Below are positions 47,836 to 61,387 of a DNA stretch of 64,000 nt, piece by piece (within the stretch, counting starts at the first letter, position 1; every line of letters begins with the position of its first letter). The position numbers and the translations under genes are program-made. The notes under the pieces were generated by a model. That model saw nothing but the letters and a program-made list of their open reading frames with translations. It searched no databases and was not told where the DNA came from. This DNA comes from Squalus acanthias (lineage: Eukaryota): contig CM059431.1 of assembly GCA_030390025.1 (NCBI GenBank), positions 127,598,001-127,662,000 of the forward strand, read 5' to 3'.

Positions 47836-49450
47836 CCTTCCTGTCACACTCTAGTTATTATTTCCCCCATCTCTATCCTGCTCTATAGTTTTCTCATTTC
47901 TCATTGACTTTTTAAATTCCTGCTCACCTGGACCCTCCCCCCCAAGATCAGCCATGATCTTATTGAATGGCGGAGCAGGCTTGAGGGGCCAAGTGGCCTA
48001 TTCCTGCTCCTGTTTCTTATGTTCTCAAGGGCAATTAGGGATGGGCAATAAAAGCTGGCCTTGCCAGCGACGCCCACATCCGATAAAAACAAATTTTAAA
48101 AAACCTACTACAAAATAGAACCCTTCATTTTGTTTCATCCTTCCCTTAAAAATCAGTGCTTTTTCAGCTTTAAGGGAAGCCACTTGTGTGCTCCCACTGC
48201 ACTCCATTGGGTTATGCATGCATGGCCCCACAGTTCCGCAAGGCTACTTAGGTAAGACCTTTTCATATTATTAGCCTAACCCATTTTAACTTTAAAATGG
48301 GGTCTTGTCATGTAAAAGGGAGGCATTTAATAGTGTTCCTGGGGGGCTGGGCTTACCTAACCCTATATTTTAACTGGCTGGTTTCAAAATAGGACCCATT
48401 CATGTTATTTTGCAGAAAAGATCAGTTTTGGGTTGGCCAAGCCATCTCTAGAAATGTTAGTAGTGTTACCCCTTTAAGGGAAGAATTTTAGTGTTGTCAT
48501 AACTTAAGGAAAGTACTTGCTTGTATCCCATTGAAATTAGGCCACCTGGCTGAACAAATTCCACTGACTTACTAAAATTACGATCCTTCATTTTGTCCCA
48601 TCCCTCTCTGTACTTTTGGTGGTTTCATTCATTTTAGGAAGGGAACGTTTGTATCCCTTCGGGTGCAACTTGCTTAACTTCACATTTCCACTTTTCTACC
48701 TGAAATAAGACACTCACTGTGTCCTATTGCTCTCTGTAATTGGTGGCCTCTGATGCAGTATAGTGGGTTTTGTCCAAGTTTTTTTTTTTTTTTATTCGTT
48801 TATGGGATGTGGGCATCACTGGCAAGGCCAGCATTTATTGCCGATCCCAACTTGCCATTGAGAAGGTGGTGGTGAGCCGCCTTCTTGAACCGCTGCAGTC
48901 TGTGTGGTGAAGGTACTCCCACAGTGCTGTTAGATAGGGAATTCCAGGCTATTGACCCAGCGACGATAAAGGAACGGCGATATACTTCAGAGTCAGGATG
49001 GTGTGTGACTTGACGGGGAACTTGGAGGTGGTGGTGTTCCCATGCGTCTGCTGCCCTTGTCCTTCTAGGTGGAAGAGGTCGCGGGTTTGGGAGGTGCTGC
49101 CGAAGAAGCCTTGGCGAGTTGCTGCAGTGCATCTTGTAGATGGTACACACTGCAGCCACGGAGTGCAGGTGGTGGAGGGAGTGAATGTTTAAGGTTGTGG
49201 ATGGGGAGATGGGGAGCTTTTTGTGGTCAGAGCATACCTGGGCAGTTTTCCAAATTGTCAGATAGATGCCAGTGTTGTACCTGTACTGGAACAGCTTGAC
49301 TAAAGGCGTGGCTAGTTCTGGAGCACAAGTCTTTAGCACGACAGCCGGAATGTTGTCGGGCCCCATAGCGTTTGCTGTATCTCGTGCACTAAGCTGATTC
49401 TTGATATCATGTGGAGTGAATCAAATTGGCTGAAGACTGGCTTCTGTGAT

Positions 49451-50748
49451 AAGAACATAAGAAATAGGAGCAGGAGTAGGCCATTTGGCCCCTCGAGCCT
49501 GCTCCGCCATTTAATGAGATCATGGCTGATCTGATCTTGGTCTCAGCTCCATTTCCCTGCCCACTCCCCATAACCCATCGCTCCCTTATTGTTCAAAAAT
49601 CGGTCTATCTCCACCTTAAATATATTCAATGACCCAGCCTCCACAGCTCTCTGGGGCAGAGAATTCCACAGGTTTACGACCCTCTGAGAGAAGAAATTCC
49701 TCCTCATCTCAGTTTTAAATGGGCGACCCCTTATTCTGAAACGATGCCCTCTAGTTCTAGATGCCTCCATGAGGGTAAACATCTTCTCTGCATCTACCTT
49801 GTCGAGTCCCCTTAGTATCTTATATGTTTCAATAAGATCACCTCTCATTCTTCTAAACTCCAATGAGTATAGGCCCAACCTGCTCAACCTTTCGTCATAA
49901 GTCAACCCCTTCATCTCAGGAATCAACCTCGTGAACCTTCTCTGAACTGCCTCCAATGCAAGTATATCCCTCCTTAAATAAGGAGACCAGAACTGTACGC
50001 AATACTCAAGGTGTGGTCTCACCAATACCCTATACAGTTGCAGCAGGACTTCCCTGCTTTTATACTCCAACCCCGTTGCAATAAAGGCCAACATTCCATT
50101 TGCCTTCCTGATTACTTGCTGTACCTGCATGCTAACTTTTTGTGTTTCATGCACAAGGACCCCCAGGTCCCTCTGTACTGCAGCATTTTGTAATCTCTCT
50201 CCATTTAAATAATAATTTGCTTTTTTATTTTTCTTACCAAAGTGGATAACCTCACACTTTACCACATTATACTGCATCTGCCAAATGTTTGCCCACTCAC
50301 TTAGCCTGTCTATATCCCTTTGCAGATTCTTTGTGTTCTCTTCACAACTTGCTTTCCCACCTATCTTTGTATCATCAGCAAATTTGGCTACATTGCACTA
50401 GTTCCCTTCATCCAAGTCATTAATGTAGATTGTAAATAGTTGAGGCCCCAGTACTGATCCCTGTGGCACCCCACTAGTTACCGTTTGTCAACCGGAAAAT
50501 TACCCATTTATCCCGACTCTCTGTTTTCTGTTAGTTAGCCAATCCTCTATCCATGCTAATATATTACCCCCAACCCTGTGAGCTCTTATCTTGTGCAGTA
50601 ACCTTTTTTATGATACCTTATTGAATGCCTTCTGGAAATCCAAATACACTACATCCACTGTTTCCCCTTTATCCACCCTGCTGGTTACATCCTCAAAGAA
50701 CTCCAGCAAATTTGCCAAACATGATTTCCCTTTCATAAAACCATGCTG
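49451..50748 (-). mobile_element. Nested 5'-truncated CR1 LINE
   Basis: 244-aa ORF2 C-terminus (YCVQFWSPYL, RRNFFSQRVV) and TTCTTATG-type tail. Confidence 0.9.
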
Positions 50749-51056
50749 ACAGGTGGGGACCTCAGGAGGAAGCCGATGTGGATCATCCACTCAGCAATTC
50801 TGGTTGAAGATGGTTGCATACGCTTCAGCCTTGTCTTTTGCACTCACATGCTGGGCTCCACCATCATGAGGATGGGATAATCATGGAGCCTCCTCCTCCC
50901 GTTAGTTGTTTAATAATCCACCACCATTCACGACTAGATGTGACAGGACTGCAGAGCATTGATCTGATCCGTTGATTGTGGGATCGCTTAGCCCTGTCTA
51001 TAGCATGCTGCTTCCGCTTTTTAGCATGCATGTAGTCCTGTGTTGCAGCTTCCCCA

Positions 51057-53435
51057 TGAGCCACACAATGATAATTTAGGGCAGATGACCAAAAGCTTGG
51101 TGAAAGAGGTTTTAAGAAGCGTCTTAAAGGAGGAAAGAGAGGTAGCAATGTGGAGAGGTTTAGGCAGGAAATTCCAGAGCTTGGGGCCTAGGCAACAGAA
51201 GACACAGCCACCAAAGGTTGAGCAATTATAATCAGGAATGCTCAAGAGGGCAGAATTAGAGGAGTGCAGATATCTCAGGGGTTGTGGGGCTGAAGGAGAT
51301 TACAGAGATAGGAAGGGGCAAGGCCATGGAGGGATTTGAAAACAAGGATGAGAATTTTGAAATCAAGGCGCTGCTTAACCGGGAGCCAATGTAGGTCAGC
51401 GTGCACAGGGGAGATGGGCAAACGGGACATGGTGCGAGTTAGGACATGGGCAGCCGACTTTTGGATGACCTCAAGTTTACGTAGGGTGGAATGTGGGACG
51501 CCAGCCAGGAGTGCGTTGGAATAGTCAAGTCTAGAAGTAACAAAGGCATGGATGAGGGTTTCAGCCGCGGATGAGCTGAGACGGGCGATGTTACAGAGGT
51601 GGAAGTAGGCGGTCTTTGTTATGCTGCGGATATGCGGTCGGAAGCTCGTTTCAGGGTCAAATATGACACAAAAGTTGCGAACAGTGTGGTTCAGCCTCAG
51701 ACAGATGCTAGGGAGTGGGATGGAGTCAGTGGCTAGGGAACGGAGTTTGTGGCGGGGAAAGAAAACAATTGCTTCGGTATTCCCAATATTTAATTGGAGA
51801 AAATTTTTGCTCTTCCAGAACTGTATGTTGGACAAGCAGTCTGACAATTTAGACACCATGGAGAGGTCAAGAGAAGAGGTAGTGAGGTAGAGCTGGGTGT
51901 CGTCAGTGTACATGTGGAAACTGATGCTGTGTTTTCGAATGATGTCGCCAAGGGGCAACATATAGATGAGAAATAGGAGGGGGCCGAGGATAGGTCCTTG
52001 GGGGTCACCAGAGGTAATGATGCGGGAGCGGGAAGAGAAGCCATTGCAGGTGATTTTCTGGCTACGATTAGATAGATAAGAATGGAACAAGGTGAGTGCA
52101 GTCCTACCCAACTGGACGATGGTGGAGAGGCGTTGGAGAAGGATGGAGTGGTCAAACGTATCAAAGGCTGCAGACAAGTAAAGAAGGACGAGGAGGGATA
52201 GTTTACCTTTGTCACAGCCATAAAGGATGTCATTTGTGACTTTGATGAGAGCCGTTTCGGTACTGTGGCAAGGGCGGAAACCTGATTGGAGGGATTCAAA
52301 CATGGAATTGTGGGAAAGATGGACACGGATTTGGGAGGCGGCAACAAATTCAAGGACCTAGGAGAGGAAAGGGAGATTGGAGATGGGGCGGTAGTTTGCA
52401 AGGACGGAGGGATCAAGGGTTGTTTTTTTGAGGAGAGGGGTGATGACGGCAGATTTGAGGGAGAGGGAGACAGTAAATGAGGATAGAGAACCGTTAACAA
52501 TATCAGCTAACATGGGAGCCAGAAAAGGAAGCTGGGTGGTCAGCAGTTTGGTGGGAATAGGGTCGAGGGAGCAGGAGGTGGGTCTCATGGACAAGATGAG
52601 TGCAGAGAGGTCATGAGGGGAGATCGGAGTGAGACTGGAGAAAGCTGTGAGTTCAGGGCTAGGGTAGGTGGGAACCTTTGAGTAAGTTTGGCCCAGTGGG
52701 CTAGGGGAAGGAAGGGAACTGGCAGAGGCAACTGAATGGATGGTCTCAATCTTAGAGATAAAGAAGTCCATGAGCTCTTCAAACTTGTTATCGGAGGTGA
52801 GGGTGGAGGAGACAAGGGAGAGGGGTTTAAGAAGACGGTTAGCAGTCGGGAATAGGAGCCAGGGTTTATCTTTGCATTCCAGCATGATTTTGGAATAGTG
52901 AGCAATTTTGGCAGACGAAAGCAGGGCCCGATAATGCTTTATGTGGTCCAGCCAGATCTGGTGGTGAATGGCTAAACCAGTTGTCCGCCATATCCATTCG
53001 AGTCTGCTTTCCTTGGACTTAAGGGAGCAAAGAAGAGAGCTGTACAAGGGGGAATGGCCAGGGTGAGAGAGTGTAATTGTTTTTGTAGGGACTAGGGCAT
53101 CAAAGGTGGTGATGAGTGTGATTGAGCAGAAATGTCATGGTGAATGGAGGACCAGAGGCTGAACAGTTGGGATTTCATAAGTGCAGTTGTAAGAGAGTAG
53201 GGAGAGAGTTTTATTCCAGTGGCAGACACAGCAGGAAGTAGGGTTGGCGGGTGGGGTGTGGAAGGGGAATGTGGGTGGAGAGCGATACGAGGAAATGGTC
53301 TGCAATTGGCACAATGGGAGTAACGAGGCCACGAGAGATGGCAAGGTCAAGGGTGTGTCCGTGAATATGGGTTGGGGAGTTTACATGGAGGGAGAGATTA
53401 AGGGAGGATAGGAGGCTAGTGAACTCAGATGAAAC
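51057..53435 (-). mobile_element. Nested L2-clade LINE ORF2
   Basis: NYRPISNLPFLS, QSGFRPCHSTETAL, LSAAFDT, YTDDTQLY, SRLDYSNALL, LHWLPV. Confidence 0.9.
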
Positions 53436-54479
53436 ATTGAAGTCCCCCACCCAGAGTACATTCTTTGCCCTTGCTACTCTCAGTGCTTCTTCCAAGTGGT
53501 GTTCTACATGGAGGAGTACTGATTCATCAGCTGAGGGAGGGCAGTAGGTGGTAATCAGCAGGAGGTTTCCTTGCCCATGCTTGTCCTGAAGCCATGAGAC
53601 TTCATGGGGTCCGAAGTCAATGTTGAGGACTCCCAGGGCCACTCCTTCCCGACTGTATACCACTGTGCCATCACCTCTGTTGGATCTGTCCTGCCGGTGG
53701 GAAAGGACATACCCAGGGATGGTGATGGAGGAGTTTGTGACATTGGCTGAAAGGTATGATTCTGTGAGTATGACTATGTCTGGCTGTTGCTTGACTAGTC
53801 TGTGGGACAGCTCTCCCAATTTTGGCACAAGTCCCCAGATGTTGGTGAGGAGGACTTTGCAGGGTCGACTGGGCTGGGTGTGCCATTGTCGTGTCCGTAG
53901 CTGGTGCCAAGGTCGATGCTGGGTGGTCCGTCCGGTTTTAGATTTCAAATAACAGAATAGAAGCTGGAGCGAATTAGGAAGAAAAAATAAAGAAGAATTA
54001 GAAGACAGGACAAGGAGAAGGAGCAGATTTTGTTTGTTAGTGAAGCGGCTTTAATCGCATGCCCATAACGTAGCCCACTTGATTTTCCATCCATTTATAT
54101 TAGCAGATGGAAAATTAGATGGCTTCCATTATGGGCGTGCAATCTCCCACATGATCTTCCATCTATTTAAGTGAATGAATGGAAGGAAAATCAGGTGAAC
54201 TCTGTATTGAGCATGCAATCCTCCCTGCTCAATTTTCCTCTTTATGCTTCACCTGGGCAAGTGCAAGAGAAGAAAATTGGGTGTTCAATTTTTAAAATGT
54301 TTATTTACATTTTCGGTGTTTATTTTAAATTATAGGGCTAATATTATAATAATAAATCTATTTCTGGCATCTGAGCAGATTTATTGTTATAAAATGAGTG
54401 TTTGGTGCAATATCAGTGTCTCTTCAGTGGTTCAATGAAAAGTGTAGAAGGGCATGCCAGAAGCAACATCAAGCATACC

Positions 54480-55535
54480 TTCGAACGAGATACCAATCTA
54501 GTGAAGCTACTAAGAGGGCTACCTGCATGCTAAACACCAAAGGCAGCAGGTTGTAGAGAGACCTAACCGGTCCCACAGCCAATGCATCAGAGCAAAGCTC
54601 TGTAGCCCAACCACTTTCAGTTGAGTTCTTTGGACAACCAGGCAACTACAGGAAACTCTTTATTAACCGGCACCCAAATATCCGGAAATCTCTCTTAACC
54701 GGCAAAATTCTTGAGTAGGTAACCGGGATTTTCCTTCATCTCTCCTTTAAAATTAACTTTAAAAAAAACCCCGAGGCGTTTGCCTTGTATCGGAGCGTGT
54801 AGATTGGGAGGGGAATGTGCAGCCCGGGTAGGCAGCGGACACGACAGATGGTCAGCTGGCGGTCCCCGGGGAGACGGAGCTCTGAATGCAGGCGCATGTC
54901 AATGTGTACGGGGCTCTCGTACGCTGGGAGATATAACTCTCCGTTATCCGGACTTTTTGATTAACCGGCACCACGCCGGTCCCGTCGGTGCCAGTTAATA
55001 AAGAGTTTCCTGTAATAGGAAGAGGAGCAGGCTCCATGAACATCTCCATCCTCAAACATCATGGAGTCAAGCATGTCATTGGAAGAGACAAGGCTAAAAT
55101 GTTTACAATGTCTTCAGCCAAAAGTGTCAATTGTACAATCCTACACAGCCTCCTCCTGAGCTCCTCACCATCACTGATGCCAGTGTCTAGCCAATTCAGT
55201 TCATCCCATGTGACATTAAAAAGTGGCTAAGTGCACTGGACACATCAAACTTCATGGGCCCTGACAACATCCGGCTGTAGCGCTGAAGACCTATGCACCA
55301 GAACTAGCCATTCCCCTAGACAAGCTGTTCCAGTACAGCTATGAAACTGGTATCTAACTGATAAGGTGGAAGATTTCCCAGATATGCTCTATACAAGAAA
55401 AGGATAAATCTAACCCAACCAACTACCACCTGATCAGCCTCCTCCCAGTCATCAGTAAAAATGATGGAAGGAGTTATCATTACTGCCAACAAATGACACC
55501 CACTCACCAATAACCTGCTCACCGATGCTTAGTTT
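54480..55535 (+). mobile_element. Degraded LINE ORF2 fragment
   Basis: GPDNI..LKTYAPEL and SNPTNYHLISLL remnants, homologous to the 48793-53940 element. Confidence 0.65.
54649..55012. mobile_element. Tc1/mariner-pogo-type MITE
   Basis: TIRs CAGGAAACTCTTTATTAACCGGCACC / GGTGCCAGTTAATAAAGAGTTTCCTG; TA target duplication. Confidence 0.88.
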
Positions 55536-55539
55536 GTGT

Positions 55540-56078
55540 CTCCGGGCGCATCGCCCCGTTAGCGCCCCGGACTCTAAATTGGGTATCGCCCCCTGAAGTT
55601 GCTCTGGGCGACGACAGCGACAGCTTCAGGGGACACATACTGGGCGGCTGGCCGCTACCGGGACGAAAATTAAAGGGGAGGTGGCCGGCTGCTGTGAAAA
55701 AATTGTGTCGTTTTCGTTGCCGCTCCGGTCGCGGGTTGTTGGCGGGTTTGGTGCCACGATCGCTCAGCCCAGCACTTTACTTGAGTGTCGGGCTGATCGC
55801 ACGGCACCCCCACTCCCCGCTGGTCCAGGTAGGTGGCTTCTTCTTTGGCTTGGGCCCTTCTCTTTAATTGAGGGAAGAGCCCCTCGTACGCGGCAGCGCT
55901 ATGCGGCCCAGTGCGTAGCACTGCTGAGCTGTGCGCCCTGCTCCTGCCCCAGGAAGGAAGTGGAGCGCTTGATTTAGCGCTTCACTTACCTCCGGGGGCG
56001 GTAACCCGAATTTAGCAAGCGGGGCGGAACTTCCGTGCCTAGCGCAAAATGTCTCGCCTCCCGGATGGATTTCTTCGC
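55540..56078. mobile_element. GC-rich MITE-like fragment related to families A and B
   Basis: Repeated TTAGCGCC / GGGCG motifs; termini not found. Confidence 0.45.
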
Positions 56079-56079
56079 C

Positions 56080-56260
56080 ATTATCTGGTCATTATCACAT
56101 TGCTGTATGTGGGAGCTTGCTGTGCGCAAATTGGCTGCTGCGTTTCCTACATTACAACAGTGACTACACTTCAAAAAGTACTTCATTGGCTGAAAAGTGC
56201 TTTGGGTGGTCCTCAGATTGTGATAGGAGCAATATAAATGCAAGCCTTTCTTTCTTTCTC
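56080..56260 (+). mobile_element. SINE 3' part (Deu/L2-tail type)
   Basis: GCTGTGCGCAAATTGGCTGC core and TATAAATGCAAG(CTTT)n tail. Confidence 0.6.
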
Positions 56261-57033
56261 ACTGCCTTGTCTTAATAGGCACAGAATGGCATTTGAAAGA
56301 AGGAAAGAAGTTTGTAACTGAAAACTGCAATAGGGGCCCTGTAACCGGTGTAGAAAACAGAATTGCATATTTAAGAACTCTCCTGGCTGCGTCAGGCGGG
56401 TGGGCTACTTGCCCATTTACAGACTCACCTGAATATTGGATCAGGCTGGCCTTGCGTGTCTACGGAGTGGCCAAGTTGTATCAGAGGATTGCTGAGGACC
56501 TGCGTTTCAGAAAAGTCTCCAATCTCAGGAGTGTTGTTTACAGGTAGCTCATCAGCACAAATCAACAGATGGCGATTCTTGCAGTATGATGAGTTTCTGA
56601 CTTTAATGTCGTAGCTTCTAGGACCCATTACATTTGTACATGTACCAGTACTCCAAGTTCACTGGCCAGGGAGTTTCATCTGCATTGTATCACCGGGGTG
56701 TATTGCTTGAAGTGATTTAGCATGCATGTTATAGTAATGCAAGACGTTGCTTCATGCCGACATGCGCACAAGTGTTTTCGTCAGTCGAATATCGAGGCTG
56801 CAGGATTGATCCAGCTATAGGAAGTAGTGTCTTGCACCTACAAACCATAAGTCACTGTGCCGGGCTTGTGCCTACACCTTCACTCGGTGTGTTGCACCAA
56901 TCTAATAGAGCTATAAGCTCTGATTGATGGCACGCCTTGCATTTCATGAAGAGTCCTTTGACTGTCTCGATGGCATTCTCAGCTTTGAGAGGTCGCACAA
57001 CACCAGGTTATAGTCCAACAGTTTTATTTGAAA

Positions 57034-57076
57034 TCACAAGCTTTCGGAGCTATCGATTTGCTCCTTCCTCAGGTGA
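57034..57076 (-). ncRNA. Minimal type I hammerhead ribozyme motif
   Basis: Minus strand TCAC-CTGAGGA-A-GGAGC...GCTCC-GAAA-GCTT-GTGA. Confidence 0.7.
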
Positions 57077-57408
57077 AGTAAATTAGATACAGAATCTCCA
57101 AAGCATATATAGATGGAAAACAAAGCATGTGTACTTTACAATTGCAGACCAATAAATTAAATCATCCTGACTATCTGCCGAGGTGTGATAAAGTTAATTA
57201 AGTCAGCCAGGAAGGTACCACATCAAAGACATAGCAAGATACAACTGAGACAATGAGGTGTAGTCGCAGGGGTTCTAACGTGTCAAAAGCTGCCGTCTGT
57301 ATGTAAAACGAAAAGCTTTAACATTTTTTTACTTTTTTACTGGGAAAATTTTTACTTTTTTACTGGGAATCACATCTGTGAACAAGCTAACGACGACTCG
57401 AGTCCGGA

Positions 57409-57675
57409 TCACGTCATGTATCGTGACATAAACCCAAGATCCCGATTGAGACCGTCTTCATGAGTGCAGAACTTGGCTATCAGTTTCTGCTCGATGATTT
57501 TGCGTTGTCGTGTGTTTCTAAGGTTGCCTTGGAGAACGCTTACCCGCAGATCCGAGGCTGAATGTCCTTGACTGCTGAAGTGTTCCCCGACTGGGAGGTA
57601 ACAATCCTGCCTGGCGATTGTTGCGCGGTGCTCGTTCATACGTTGTCTCAGTGTCTGCATGGTCTCGCCGATGTA
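57409..57675 (-). pseudogene. GIY-YIG endonuclease C-terminal fragment (Penelope-like)
   Basis: YIGET.QTLRQRMNEH..PVGEHF..GH..EQKLI..GLN. Confidence 0.88.
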
Positions 57676-59164
57676 CTCCGAAAGCTTGTGATTTCAAATA
57701 AAACTGTTGGACTATAACCTGGTGTTGTGCGACCTCTCAATTTTGTCCACCCCAGTCCAACACCGGCATCTCCGCATCATTCTCAGCTTTGCCATCGGAC
57801 TGCGGGTAGTGAGATGATGACCTCACATGTTTAAATCCCCATGTCTTGGAAAATACTGTAAATTCTGCTGACGCAAATTGTGGACCGTTACTCATTACTA
57901 GGATGTCTGGTAGTGCAAATATCGCAAACGTTTCCTTGAGTTCTCTCAGAACACTGCATGTAGTAACTGAAGTGAGGCTGGCTACTTTGATGAAGTTACT
58001 GTAGTAATCATACACAATGAGCATGGTATGGCCATGTAGCTCACAAAGGTCAGCCCCACCTTTCAACCAAGGCCGAGCCACAATCTCATGCTGTAATAGT
58101 GGTTCCTTACTTGGAGAAATGCGATGAGCCAAACAGGTATCACACTTCACGATGTATTGTTTGAGCTCTGTTGAAAACCATGTGCCAATAGAGGCTACAG
58201 TGGGCTCTGCAGATACAACCTTCTATGCCTATGAGCATTGAATGTGCGAGTGACATTAGTTCCTTATGTAGTACAGCTGACACTATGAGTTGATGACCAG
58301 TGCTGTAAGATACTGGTCGTATGTCTCCCCAGTTTCTTGCATTCTCATGTTGAACTTATATCTCTCAAACGGAATGTTCTTGCGTGGGTGGCAGTATTGA
58401 GAAAATTTTGTTTGCACCGACGCCATCTTGTCTCTGTCTCAAGCTTCAGCCCAGTCCGACCACGTGGAATAGACTTCACGCGCTTCTTCCCTGATCACTG
58501 TTAGGAGTGTCGCTACCTGTACTTGTTCCGTCTTCTTGTCGAGCTGCGTCGCAAGGGAGTCATTTTTCCAGGCTCGCTCAAACCTCTTCCACTTTTCTGC
58601 AGCATTCGTGTCGTGGATGTCGAGAGCCAGAGGTGGTGGTACAGCATATCCTGACGCCATCGCGAACACCCTTTAGTTGTCGAGTAACTGTTTTTATGTC
58701 ATGCAGACCATTGATATGCCCACCAACAGTGAAAGTTGTTTTAAACAATCAGTACCGCCGCTGCCACCATGTGTTGATACCTCTTTAGAGAGTAATCGAA
58801 GCCATGTGTTTCAGAAAGTATCGACGTTTTATGAAGTATGTAACACGTTAAACTTACAGGAGTTGCTGGGGCTAGTGCTGATTTCCATGAGTCTGCAGCC
58901 CAACCTAGACACATCATAGAGCGAGAGAGCGACGTGTGAGACACGTGATAGCGACGCAGACGTCACGCATGTGCAACAAACGACCTCCCTGTGTCACAAA
59001 GTGCAAAGAACACATGGCATCACAGACCAAACTTCATGTTATTGTAAATAATCCTTCATTGAAATATTTGAACCAGAGTAAGCAAATTCCTGCATAATTG
59101 CTTGTAATATTGTTTGCCACAAATGACGAAAATGGAATTGCATCATTAGAGGTATAAAACTGAA

Positions 59165-59841
59165 CTATAGCAGTTTACACCACAAAAGACGGCCATTTGG
59201 CCCATCGTGTCAATACCAGCCCTTTGATAGAGCAATCCAAAACTCACCCTATTATCCCTGCTCTCTCCCCAGAACTCTGGATCAGGATATTCCTTTTCTT
59301 CAAATATTTATTCAGTTTCCCTTTAAAAGATCCAATGGGCTCTGTCGCATCCAGTGGAAAAGCATTCCATGCTGCAACAACTCACAGCATTAAGAATTTC
59401 TCCCATCCTGTCTCCGTACTCTCTCAGTGACAATTTTAAATTCATCACCCCTCATCAATGACTTACCAACCAGAGGATGTAGCATTTTCCTTTTCAATCT
59501 ATCAAATCCTTCACAATTTAAAAAGAAAACTATTATATCTTCTCATAGTCTTCTCTACTCTAGTGAAATATCCCCAGTATCTCATCCCACCTAATTATCA
59601 CATCTTCTCATTCCTGGCATCATCTTGATAAATCTATGCTGCACTCTCTCTGTGGCTTTATTGTCTTTCTACAATGAGGTGCCCAAAACAGCACACATGA
59701 CACTAACTGTGACCAAATCAATGTGTTGTGCAAATTTATCAGCACTTCTTTGTTCTTATGCTGGATGGCCCTACCCATAAAACTCAAAATGCTGCTGGTT
59801 TTTTTGGGCTATATCTACCTGCATTCACACTTTCAGGACAT
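59165..59841 (-). mobile_element. Old CR1 3' fragment
   Basis: GGCCATTTGGCCCATC 3' UTR and degraded ORF2 tail. Confidence 0.6.
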
Positions 59842-61387
59842 TTTGGCTGGAATTTTCACTTCAGAGTTGGGCCGGGAACGCGATGTGTTGATCAGCCCGC
59901 TCCTCAGTACAACGTTAACATAATGGCCCCAATTAAATCAGCCATGCACGTTTCCTGGCCCGATTAAAGGGTGCAGGTCTGATGACATCATCGTTGACTC
60001 ATTTCCAGCGCCCATATTTAAAGCAGCCTTGCACACAACTCATTTGAAGTTTGGTAAAGGAGTGTGGAAGCATCATTTTAAAGGTTGGATTTATTTTGCA
60101 AACGTAAAAACATGAATACCCAACAGCAGAGGGCCACACCCTGGTTTACAGATGCCTCGCTGCATATTCTGGTGGAGGCAGTACGAGCACGCAGGGAGGT
60201 CCTCTTCCCAGCAGATGGGCATGAGAGATCTCCCCAAGAGACGAAAAAGGCCTGGCTGGAAATAGCAGAGGAGGTCAGCAGCAGGGAGGTCATGAGGAGG
60301 ACTTGGATCCAGTGAAGGAAGAGATTCAGTGATCTGATGAGGTCAGGAAAGTTGAGTGCCAAGCCACCCTCGCCTTCATCCTGATGTTCATGTCACTACA
60401 TCCCCATCACTCTGTCTTCCCAAGCCTACTCCTGCACATCATTCCTCACACCAACATACCTTTCAGGTCCACCCATCCCTTTTTATGTACATACTCACAT
60501 CCCAATCTGACTAACCACCCCTCACACTCACACCCATCCAAAAGCAATTATAGCAAGTAACAGCACAGAAAGGAGGATACATGCAGGTTCATCGTCCTAT
60601 GGTTGCAGACAAGCTGCACATTGAGGAAGTGGAAGCCCTTGCAGTTAACAAAGACTCCTGGGTGATGGCCACATGTGTGAAGTCAATGGCGCCCTGCACC
60701 TGTGGGAAGCCAGCCAGAGCTGCAAAGCCAAGCGCCCGCTCAGTAACACTGGCTTCATCACTGGCAAAGTTCACATAATTGGCTGGATTGTTAAACATGG
60801 CATCCGTGAGCTGGGTGATTCAGCTGTGGGCGGCCGACTGCGAGATGCCACAAATGTCTGCTGCAGATCCCTGGAAGGAGCCTGAGGCGAAGAAGTTGAG
60901 GGTGCTGGTGACCTTGACAGGTCCACCAGGACCTCTGGGCAGCAGGTCTTGCTCCAGTAAGCTGCAAATGTCTGCGATGACCTGGCGCGATAGCCTGAGC
61001 CTCCTTTGGAACTGTGCCTCAGTCATGTTGAGGAAGCTTATCCTCTGCCTGTAAGCCCTGTGTTGGGGCTTTTGCCTCCTGCGCGGTGCAGCACTGCGCT
61101 GATCCCCTCTCTCCTGTGGAGCATCAGGTCATTGAGGAGAAGGCTGGCGTTGTGGTTGCTGCTGCTGCTGGTGTGACTGTTCTGCTGGTGGTGGGGTTCA
61201 TCTCGGTCCTATTCTGAGGACCAAGGTGAGACAGTATAAGCGGCACCCATGCTGATGTCATAGATGGCAGGTCAAGTCGCGATCTGAGCGCCAATCCCTC
61301 AATGTTCTAACAATGACTAGCAATGTGTTGAGAGTGGTTTCTGAGGTTGCAAAAATGACCTGCAAACTGCAGAAACTAAGACGTTTG

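Larger units (their letters stand above)
48793..53940 (-). mobile_element. CR1/L2-group LINE, internally deleted, carrying two nested LINEs
   Basis: 3' end at the poly-T near 48780; GPDNIPAVVLKTCAPEL; endonuclease LLTNIWGL..DIVILTES..VGDFN at 53436-53940. Confidence 0.8.
56988..57777 (-). mobile_element. Penelope-like element, 3' part with inverted termini, inserted in the Gypsy integrase
   Basis: TSD CATTCTCAGCTTTG (56974-56987, 57778-57791); inverted terminal repeat; GIY-YIG remnant. Confidence 0.88.
56265..59019 (-). mobile_element. Deleted Gypsy (Mag-like) LTR retrotransposon: 5' LTR, PBS, gag start, integrase
   Basis: LTR TGCCATGTG...CAACACA (59019-58770); PBS TGGTGGCAGCGG (tRNA-Leu-like); gag NAAEKWKRFERAW..FERYKF joined to integrase (PWLKGGADL, DYYSNF, NGPQF, YPQSDGKAE); PR, RT, RNase H and 3' LTR missing. 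Confidence 0.82.
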
